64,000 nt of DNA from assembly GCF_009914755.1 (NCBI RefSeq), contig NC_060931.1; one strand, written 5' to 3'. Both the position numbers and the translations under genes were made by a program. Positions 53,861 through 64,000 of this stretch are shown one piece after another; within the stretch, counting starts at the first letter, position 1, and each line of letters starts with the position of its first letter. The notes below the pieces were generated by a model. That model saw only the letters and a program-made list of their open reading frames with translations, had not been told where the DNA came from and made no database searches. Origin of the DNA: the human T2T-CHM13v2.0 reference genome, Homo sapiens.

Positions 53861-55817
53861 ATTTTTGTTGTTTTGTTTTGTCTTTTGGCTTCCCAGCATG
53901 TGGTAAGGACTCTGACAATGTTACTGTTAATGCCACGATGACAATTTCAGGGTTTTTTTCTAGGTTCCCAATTATTTTATCCTTTCTCAGCCTCATAGTC
54001 TTAGGTTTATTTGCCCACAGAATGACTAATTTCTACTTGTAGGTTTTTTTATTTTCAAAATTTTAAGAAAAAATGTCTCTTTTACAACCAAATCAGTTAC
54101 AATGTTTAAGTTATGTGGTAACATATAGTTTAAATCTATCATGCAAAACTTTATTGGCTTTCTTAGCCTAACAGGTTTCTGTCACCCTTGTTTTAATACT
54201 CTTTATCCAGAGCTATACATAATAAACAGTAGTAAAAAAAAATTCAAAGACATTATATATTTAGCCTGTCCCCAAATAAGGAAAATCTGAAAGATAGAAG
54301 AGCATAATGACTCTTTTGACATTTCCTCATTAACCTTATAAAAATATAAGCTTTATACACTTTTGAATTGATTTCACAACTTATCAATGATTTTCTAAAT
54401 ATAGCCATGTATGTTTTCCATGGAACTGTATTAAAAACCCCTTGCTATTTTAATCTAAATAATTCAATAACCTTGTAACACTACAAAATAAACAGATAAC
54501 TTATTATAATGAGATGATGATGACTTTTATAGGTTGTGGAATGATCATTTTAGAAATTATTACACTTTATACCTTACGCCTTACTGCTAAGAAATTTAAA
54601 ACAGAAACTAGAATACAAAGTAAAATGTGATAATTTAACTTAAATGTATTCAAAGATGGAATAAATAAATAATGTATATATGTCTATACAATCTTTGGCA
54701 TTTTTTTTAAAAAATCTTCTTTTCAACAAGTAGATTGAATATCAGAGGTTTTTAATCATGTGTATGCAACAGGTGTCTGTGCTATTATTCTTAAAGAGAT
54801 AAATGAAACTGATTTCAGTGCTGCAGTCAAAATACTGCATCTTGCAAAGTGCATATCACAATTTTAAGTTTCTACAATGTTTTATATTACTTGATTTAAT
54901 CTGTTTAAGCAGTGAAGTACATGGGGGAAGTTCCTTTCCAAATTTTACCTCTCCTAGTATTTTTCTTCCTCAAATACTGTTCCATTTTACAAATCAAAAC
55001 AATTGCAATGTGGACATCTGAATGCAGACACTCTGATTTGCAAGAAACTACATTTACAAAAACAAAACGCCAGGAAATGTGAGAGGGAAAAGAGCTGCCA
55101 CCCAGAATCCTGTAGCTAAGCAACGGGATGTCTTCTCTTCAGTAACCAAATTATCCAATCACCCCCTGTGGGCCCCAGAGCTCTATAGGATTTCCATCGT
55201 TTGACTTTAACTTAAGCCGTTTCTGGGCTCTTTAACCTCAGGCAATCAACCGTATGTTGTCAAGTTTATGGGGTATGAATTTCCATCTCAAAATTGGTCA
55301 CAGCAGTCCTTCTGGAGGTTCTAGTCTCTAACAATCCATCTTACGGAATACTTAGTAGAACTGATCAAAATAACATGAATGAAACAATATAGGTATTCAT
55401 GAATAAGAGCAGCTACAATGAATGAGGATTGATTATAAGTAAAATGAGTTATTATTCAAAGTCCCAATGAATTTCCTTCCACATGGAGATTTTCCAGTGT
55501 TAAACATGAGAAAGGGTGCTTATTCCTAAATGTATGTATTAGTGACATAATTGCTTGTAATAGCCCACCAATGAAACTATTTTCTAAGAGAAAGCACCCT
55601 AACTAAGCTCTCATGGTTTGTTTTTTGGTTTTTTGTTTGTGGTGGTGTTGTTGTTGTTGTTGTTTTTAGTTCTGGAAAATACCTTTAGAAATGTATACAT
55701 ATGCCAGACACCTAGGACTTCTGGAACCTGGCAAACCACCTTTTTTTAGGAACAATGCCATCATAACAGATGGGTGTTAGTGTAGGCATGCCAGGGAATC
55801 AAAATGTACATCACGTT

Positions 55818-55836
55818 CCACTACAAGGGGGCAGAA
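55818..55836 (+). promoter_or_regulatory. Candidate CTCF site
   Basis: CCACTACAAGGGGGCAGAA; intact AGGGGGCAG core. Confidence 0.45.
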
Positions 55837-56485
55837 TCTCATCCAGAAATACCCGTCTGTGCCACTGGCTAAAGGAATATTCCATTGCAACTCTACCTTA
55901 GAGCCAGCACTTAAAACGATAATTTCTAAAGCCATAAAACAGATTCCCCTCCCCCACACTTTTTTGGCTTTTGAGTGTAAGGATTCACATTCTACTGGGA
56001 AAAGTAGCATGGGAGCCATTGAAATGAAAGTTTAAGCAGTAAAAATGCTATTATGGCCCATTTCATTTTTCAGCTGAATGGCTCACCTAAATAGAAAATC
56101 CATTTTTGTGGAAGCAGGCATATAATTTCTGTTAAATAGAACCCGGGAGGTCCTTTCTGACTTAACAATTATTTCGAAGTATTTTTTTCCACTTTTTGGA
56201 ACCTGTAGAAATCCATTTTAAAGTGAGAATAGTTTCACCAGAACTGCCCTACTGAACAGAGTTATACTGACAGCCATAACTAAATTGATTGCACAGAACC
56301 CATCCTTTGATGCAAGGATGTTCACCAACTGCAGTCTTAAATAAGCTATTTGCAGAGGTTCTGGCTTTGACTGGAGTATAACAGAAACATTTCGTGAAAT
56401 AATAGAAATTTTGAGCCTTTATGTTGTTGGTTTCCTGTCTGCCTTGAATATATGAATTCGTAACAACTACCAAAGCAATCTTTCA

Positions 56486-56784
56486 TTTTTTTTTTCTTTT
56501 TTTCAGACCGAGTCTCGTTCTGTAGTCCAGGCTGGAGTGCAGTGGCGGGATCTCCACTCACTGCAAGCTCCACCTCCCAGGTTAAAGCCATTCTCCTGCC
56601 TCAGCCTCCTGAGTAGCTGAGACTACAGGCACTCACCACCACACCCGGCTTATTTTTTGTATTTTTAGTAGAGACGGGGTTTCACCGTGTTAGCCAGGAT
56701 GGTCTCGATCTCCTGACCTCGTGATCTGCCTGCCTCGGCCTCCCAAAGTGCTGGTATTACAGGCGTGAGCCACCACGCCAGGCC
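56486..56784 (-). mobile_element. AluY
   Basis: ccgtgttagccaggatggtctcgatctcc, gcaagctcc; TSD caatctttcattttt. Confidence 0.96.
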
Positions 56785-59751
56785 ACAATCTTTCATTTTT
56801 ATAATAAATCATTCATGTGTAATTGGTTTTATTCTGATCATGATGCTGAAACTAAATGTTTTGGTCTTGGGTGATAATGGAAGCTTAAAGGTAATATCAA
56901 CTACAAAGAGAGTTTTTAAATGTTTGGCCTGAATATTATCAGCTTAAAATTTGCACTATTCTATACCTGTTTCCCTTACATATCAATTACTACTATATCA
57001 CATTTCATTGGGTAGGAATAATAAATATTTTCATTAAATTACTTTAAGAGATCATCAATTAATATACATTTTCTAATAATTATTAACATAAACACTTTAA
57101 GATGTATTTTAATGCAAACTAAAGAGATTTAGATACATTCTGAGTCACAGAATAATATCAAGAAGCATAATTTTATGTCAATCCCCACAAATCATATAGC
57201 CTTAAAGATGACTTTTTAAATTTGTGATTTTTTTTTCTTTTAGTTCTGCAGGATTATTTTTTTGTTCTTATTGTTGTTAATAAGGAATAACATCTCTTTT
57301 CATAATTATAGCAACAAAGTTTAGTTAAACAAATTCATCAGATTTTAGTAAATGATAGCATTCTAACTCTCAAAACAGTTATACCTAAATATATTTGGTA
57401 CATGTTGTAAAACTATATTTATTGTCTCAAGAGAAAATGAAATCTGGTTATTAAGATATATCAAGACTCTCCACTTTTTAAATTAAGAATAAATCAATTA
57501 TTGCTGGTGGAATTTCCAAAACTAATACTTCACCCATCAGCCTAATTAGTAATTAAATATATCAATAGCATTGAAAAGAAGAGTGGCATATTAGTTAAGA
57601 TGCATGAACTATATAAAGGTACGATTCTCTTTTTAAATGCACATATCCCAACAAAATTTCTTTCACAATATGGCTATAAAATCATATGGTGATTAACAAC
57701 TGTAAAACTAGACAAAATTTTTTCACTGTTTTCAGAATATATTACTCCTTTTGGTAAACTGCTGTGGAAAAAAAAGTGCAGCTGTTACATACACAAAGTT
57801 ATCTCCCATTGGCTATGAGAATTATCTAAATGTTGCTAGCTTTCATTTGCTCTTGTCATTTGCAAATGTGCCAAGTCGACTAGCCTTTCTATTAAAATAA
57901 AGACTACCTTAGCCAAACAAGAAATTGGACAGATTCTCAGCTTTGTCTGAAAACATGTAGAGGAAAAATACACTAATGGAAGCAGCATGATTCTTCATTA
58001 TGGACCCCTCCAGGTCTTGAAAATCATCCAAGGAGCTATGTCATCAAATGTTGAAAATCTTCCAAGGATCCCTTCACACACACCCTTTTTAAGTGGTGAG
58101 TTCCAATCAAATGTTTTCTCCATTGAACATGGAGAGAGGGGTTTCTGAAATTAGGCCCATTTTCTAAATCTTGCCCAAGTTCTATCCGAGCATTGACAAA
58201 AGATCCAATATAATATTGTTGTCACTTTTTAAGGATGGAAGAACACCTCCAAGGAAGAAGCAACTTATTGCCATGATTTTCAAGGACACATCTTGCCTAT
58301 TATTTGATGGTGAATTCTGTCTTTGTTTATGTGTATGTGTGTGTGTATACACACATATATACACACGTATGTATATTTATATATTTCCTTCAGCCTTGAG
58401 GAATGGGAATATTCCAAGGTCTCTTTCTGTCAAGCATCCCTTCACACTTACACAGACATCATAGACGTCACCTTTTTTACTACAAATATATTTCCAAATA
58501 GGAGCCTTCAGGATATGAAAAAATTCTGCCAACAAGGCATAACTCCCAATTTTATTGCTTTTATTTTGAAGTTGCATTTATGTTTCAAGTACTGTAATGC
58601 ATTTTAAGCACCAGATAAATAATATAGTATTTATCCATATACAGCAGAATATTATGAACCATCCATTATAATGTTTATTTATATACATTCAGATAGTTTC
58701 TACTTATTCCTTACTTTTCTAAATGAAATCAAATAATAAAAATTGGAATAGGAAAGGAAAATTATGAAATTATACACCGTAAGTTAAAAAATTGAACTTG
58801 AGATAGAGTCGCTGGACACAAAAGAGCAGTTTGCAAGGTGTCCTGAGATCATAGCAAGAGAACCTAGGCTCTGGACAGACCCAAAAGTGCTGATGTCAAT
58901 AATGTCAGAATACATATTCTCAAGGAAAGAGTAAAGCCATCAGTATTGTCTCAAAGTCACTTCCAGAACCACAGTGTGCCTCCCGTTTGGTTGCCTTTGT
59001 TTTTTGGTAACAATTTGCTCTTCAGAATCTAAAACCACGGCAGTACTTTGAATTTGCGTAAGTTGCTTTTCTGCTCCTATGTAAGAGTGTCCAGGTAACA
59101 AGTTTTGACAGAGGTTTTAGAGCATCCAGCTGAACACAGGTAAATTAATCAATTTTGCATGAGGTGACATTTGGAAGATGAAAGTATTCAAGATTGACAA
59201 GAATGAAGCAAATATAGTATCCAAGACAAAAGACTAAGCCATTGGTGGAATAAGGTTATCTTTAAGATACCTGCTAAAATTGGTGATTAAAAACTTTTTC
59301 TTTAAAATTTGGGAAGTCATGGTAAGATATCTTTTTTTCTTTAACATGGCTTAATTCATATCCTCAGTAGTATAATTAGTCATTTGGAGCTTCTATTTCA
59401 CCTTTGAGGATTATTCAGAGTAAAAGCTATGGAAATTTAGAAAATTGTGACAAAAAGAAAATATGAGTCAGAATCCCACTGCCCCGGCACGACTACTTTG
59501 ATATACTTGCTTTCATTCTCATGTTTTATATGGTTGTAATCATATTATGTTGCTGTCTGAATCTTTTTTTCTACTTACTATCAAAATCATTTAACATTTT
59601 GCTCATTTTTCGCAATGATACTTTTTAATTACTGCCTAATATTCTATTAAGTGAATATGCCACTGGATATTAAATGATCGCTTTTTCATATTGTTTAACA
59701 TTTAGCTTTTATAAGTAACAGACTTGTCAGTAATTCAATTTCCTTCCTCAT

Positions 59752-59985
59752 TTTTTAAAAATACAATTTTGTTTGGAAATAATTTTAAATTTATAGAAAA
59801 ATGGCAAAGAGAGTAGAAAGAGCTCCCTACCCACTCCTCACCTGAACTTCAGGTACTCCTAATATTATCGTATTACATTTTCAGGGTTCACTTGTCAAAA
59901 CTAAAAAAAACCAACATTGGGACATTAATATTAACATTAAACTCCATACATTATTAGAATTTCACCAGTTTCTCCAAATAATTTA
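59752..59985 (-). mobile_element. L1MC-type 3' UTR relic
   Basis: gaaataattttaaatttatagaaaaatggcaaaga...ttgtcaaaactaa...aacattggg...aatttcaccagttt. Confidence 0.65.
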
Positions 59986-60749
59986 TTTTTAATGGTGCTG
60001 TACATTGGTAAGGAAGAAAAAGTAACTAGACCATGACTATATAAAGCTACCAGAAGACAAAAATGGCCTTTCAGGTTATTTTGATCAGTTTTTATGTTGC
60101 TTATCAAAAGATCAATAATCGCCATTACTTTTTAAGACCAGATATTTTTATTCTAAAAATCTAATAATTAGTAAAAAGAAATAGGTACTATTAAATAAAC
60201 TTTAAAAGTACAGATATGTTCCTATTCAAATTCAAATTTCTAAAATGTTATCTAGGAAAAAATATTCAGCGATATGTGAATACATTTTGGTGTATGTTTA
60301 TGCAGATAGGCAATCTTTATTAAACCCCAATTACTTGCTCAACCCTTTTCCAGGCACTGCAAAAGGAAAATAAAATATATCTAAAATACTTGACTCTTCT
60401 CTCAGAAGCTTAAAAATCTGAAAGACATTAAACAATACTATGCTCAAAGATATATACTAAAAAAGATGTACACAAAGTATCTTACAGAAAAAGGAAAATT
60501 TTTACCAGAATTTCTGAACTTTCTTTGGAGTTATGTTAACAATTTCTAATAATTATCAAGTTATCGAATGCTTACTGTGTGACATCAACTGCTGGGCAAT
60601 TTATTTACTCTCCAAACAACTGACAACATATAGCTCTACAAAAACAGCTAATTCAGTCCCCCCAGTTCAATAAATTGCAGGCCTTGGTGCAAATTTCTGG
60701 ATCAGAATGAAAACTGGTGGGCCCCAGGAAGATGCATCTTACAGAAAAA

Positions 60750-61000
60750 TAATAATGACTATTATTTATTGAGCACTTATTCTGTCCCAGGCATGTTTTT
60801 ATGTACTTCACATGTATTTACTAATATAATCCTCTTGACAATCCTATGATGCAAGATCTACCATTTGCTTCATTTAAAGTTGAAGAAACTGTATCACAGA
60901 AAGTTACGTAATTGTCCAAGGATGCTACAGTATTAAGTAGAGGAGTCGGAATTCAAACCAAGGCTGTCTGATTCTAGAGACTGGGCCCATGACTATCCCT
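60750..61000 (-). mobile_element. MIR, near full length
   Basis: atttattgagcactta...aatcctat...gaagaaactg...ggaattcaaaccaaggctgtctgattctaga. Confidence 0.85.
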
Positions 61001-61083
61001 CATGCTGGAGAGTAGAAACTGGGAGGTGGGGGAACTTAGAGGGAAGAAGCCAACAGACAAAAGGGAAATGAAATTAATTGACT

Positions 61084-61136
61084 AAGTTCAAGAGATCTAT
61101 TGTACAACACGGTGACTACCATTAATAACAATGTGA
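61084..61136 (+). mobile_element. 53-bp internal L1MA 3' UTR fragment between 14-bp direct repeats
   Basis: aagttcaagagatctattgtacaacacggtgact..ttaataacaatgt; flanks gaaattaattg(a/g)ct. Confidence 0.75.
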
Positions 61137-61352
61137 GAAATTAATTGGCTGGAATGAAGTGGATGCCTTTGAAATGTAGGTAAGAATGATTAGATTTGAG
61201 ACAAATGTATACCAAATTGTATCTAATTTTCACAATAATATAATAATCAATAGAAAATTAGAATGCTACTTTGATCATGTAAAGCCTTGGGTTTAAAATT
61301 ACATGGATTCTCCTTCTGTTTCATATGTCTCCTCTTGATTTAGCCTGTTTTT

Positions 61353-61483
61353 TGTTTCTCTTAAAGAGATGGGGGTCCTGCTATGTTGCGCAGACTGGCC
61401 TTGAACTTCTGGCCTCAAAGAGATCCTTCCACCTCAGCCTCCAGAATAGCTGGGACTGTAGGAATGCACCACTGCACCTGGCC
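61353..61483 (-). mobile_element. FLAM monomer
   Basis: ctatgttgcgcagactggccttgaacttctggcctcaa; TSD t(a/g)gcctgttttt. Confidence 0.88.
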
Positions 61484-62199
61484 TGGCCTGTTTTTATAGT
61501 ATTAACAAACAAAAGATATACACTGTACCATTTTCACTTGTAGCCAAATAATGTAACAGCAATTACAGACAGTAATTTAACTAACCTTAGATCTAGTTTC
61601 ACATGTTCATAACATCTTTCCTTTTGTTTTTAATGTGTTTTCCAGGCCATTTTGAAAATACTCACTATATCTATGTTTTAAATTCCGTCCATTTGGTCAG
61701 AATCTAAATAGTTGTTTTTGGAGCCCCCTTCCCCTTGGAACATTCTTCACCATTTAATCTTTCAGTGCCTATGCAGTGCTAGCCATTTCTGTGGCTCCAC
61801 AAGGCAAGTAGTTAAACGTATGATCCTATCACTTGCCCAGGTTTACCCAGAGCAGTTTGCCACTTGACAATTCTCATGATATAAAAAACAAAGGAAGCTT
61901 TAAAGCACCAGGCTCCACTATCAAGGCACTCTGTTTTCTTTTTGTTTTTAATTTAAATTTCGATTTTCTGATCTGGCTGTTTAGGTTTGCAATAGTAATC
62001 AGGTATTTGTCAAAGTTTTTTTTAGTATTATGCTAATTTCAAATAATTTTTAGTTATGTTCAATGTTTTTCCTATTATTTTTATTAAGAAGCTGAAAGGG
62101 GATGTTTTTAATAGTATCTAATGTTTAAATAGCCCAAATTTTATTTTCTTGTCTCTGCAATGTTCAGAAAAGTAGAACACATCATTATGCATGCAATGT

Positions 62200-62430
62200 A
62201 ATCATCATCAGTATCACTGAAGCTCACATTTACTGAGCAGGTAAAATATGTTTTACAGATACTAATTCAATCCTCACAATAACCCTTTCAGGCAACTACT
62301 ATTTTCATCGCATTTTTCAGATTAAGCTATAAACTGAGGTACTGAGGTAAAGTGCCAAAAATTACACATCTATTACCTTATAGAGCCAGACTTTAACGCA
62401 AGCATTTTGATTCCACAGCCCAATAGTTAA
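62200..62430 (-). mobile_element. MIR
   Basis: aatcctcacaataaccct...cattttcagat...aaactgagg. Confidence 0.65.
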
Positions 62431-63399
62431 ATGTATCACAATCATTTTACTCAATGTGTAATAGAAGGAAGTTCCTTGACTAATATATTGATTATTGAAA
62501 CAATTTACAAAAGTATACAAACAGTAAACATTATGCACACATTTAGAGAGAGAGTGGGAGAGTTCAAACTTTTCCGAAAGTCACAGATGTTGAAACTTGA
62601 CTTGATTCATAGCCAACGTTATATTTTTTCAATTGCCCGGTTGTTTGTCTAACCTAGCATCCCTGTAAAGCCACTGTCATAGGAACCACTGTGAAAGGTG
62701 TTATCCAAACGCATCAATGGGTTTATAATGCTCTCAGTGTTTACTTAAAAATGATAAACAAATTTGATTCCATAAGTACGATCTCATCTGTTAATATTTC
62801 ACTTTTAGTGGTCTTTATAGGGGCACATTTATTGCTTGAGTATTTGTGAAATAATATATTGCATGTAAGTTAAAGTGTCGTCTACTGTGCATATTGCTTC
62901 AAAGACATCAAATGCTGCTTGTGTGTATGTGAAACACATCTGGGATTTATTGATAGTTTTTTTTTTTTTTCAGGTAACTGTCATCCTATATGCTGTTCTA
63001 CTTATTTTTATTGATAGATTCTGAGGTTAAAATAAAATAAAATCTGTTTACTATTTAGAACATGGTTCAATGAATGAATATATTATTCTGTTGTATTTTA
63101 ATGTAATCAGCCAAAAACTACAAGTCAAAAAGTGTTTGCTCGTGGGGTATTGTTTTGCTTCTAAATTTCCCAGTAATCTAGATACAGGCAATAGGCAGCT
63201 GTAATAAAAATTAATAGTAAAAGATAGTTTTCAGAGTTGAACTAACTAGGACACTGTATTTGGGTTGACTTTCACACCAGGTCCCTGGAGGCGGGACTTC
63301 CACAGAATAGATGATCTACAATAAAAGTCTTTAGAGTATTCTTGCTAGTGACAGTACAAGGAGATGCTTTAATAAACCCTTGAAATCAAATTTTTTTGG

Positions 63400-63560
63400 C
63401 TTGGACAATAAGCAGTTGTAAAAAACTGGGCAAATCATTGAGTATTTTAAAACCTTCATGATTCTTTTAAATCTTAGTTTCTTATTTATATAATGGTAAT
63501 AAAACTGAAAGGCAGGTGTAAAGATGTAATGAAATCATACATGTGAAATGCCTAGCCAAA
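63400..63560 (+). mobile_element. MIR relic
   Basis: ctgggcaaatcatt...tcttagtttcttatttatataatggtaataa...atgtgaaatgcctag. Confidence 0.55.
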
Positions 63561-64000
63561 TGTTATTTCCTGGAAATTAGGAAATATTCCACATCCTGGA
63601 AATTCCCAAATGTTCAATATCCTGCAAATTAAGAGTTGGGGTATTAAAATAAAGATCACAATATTAGCTGCCGTTGCTTGAGCTTAAATTATTGCTCTGT
63701 TCTTTCTTAGCTGTGTGACCTCAGGATTTTATAGCCCTCAGAAGAGTGTTCAATAAGATCAACACCCAACAATGTCACTACTTCTCTGCATTTTACTCAT
63801 TACCAACAAACCCATCCCAACATCTCCTGTCCTTCTCCCTGTCCTCTCGCCAGTTTTTTCTTCTTCTCCCTTTCCAGAACAGCAACAAAAAGATACAAAC
63901 TAAAACACAGAAAATTGCCCTATTCCCCCAAACACAGTCCAACCCTGGCACTTGTGCCTTATCAACAAAAGTTGTGCAATTGTAATCTCCTGTAATTCAT

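Overview
AT-rich (roughly 35% GC by eye), CpG-poor primate genomic DNA, almost certainly human: it carries an Alu with all five AluYa5 diagnostics and an L1PA2-type 3' end. I could not support any protein-coding exon or RNA gene. The ORF track is explained by L1 ORF2 remnants, Alu/LTR read-through and simple repeats, so this looks like a large intron or intergenic region. Contents are three primate L1 pieces, eight Alus (two of them nested one inside the other), two FLAMs, a full LTR-int-LTR MaLR provirus nested in an L2, several solo MaLR LTRs, hAT/Tigger MITEs, MIR/L2 relics and microsatellites. I found no convincing new biological system. The most notable signals are: (i) several 'direct repeat + fold-back or serial templated insertion' scars (37.7, 45.6, 45.7 kb), one of which builds a p53-type element; (ii) a tail-less internal L1MA fragment with a TSD (61.1 kb); (iii) three CTCF-like motifs in a divergent arrangement; (iv) a young, possibly polymorphic AluYa5 and L1PA2; (v) a poly(T)-CAG|GT site at 63 kb. 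Repeat subfamily names come from recalled consensus sequences and need RepeatMasker/Dfam confirmation. Boundaries of old elements are approximate.
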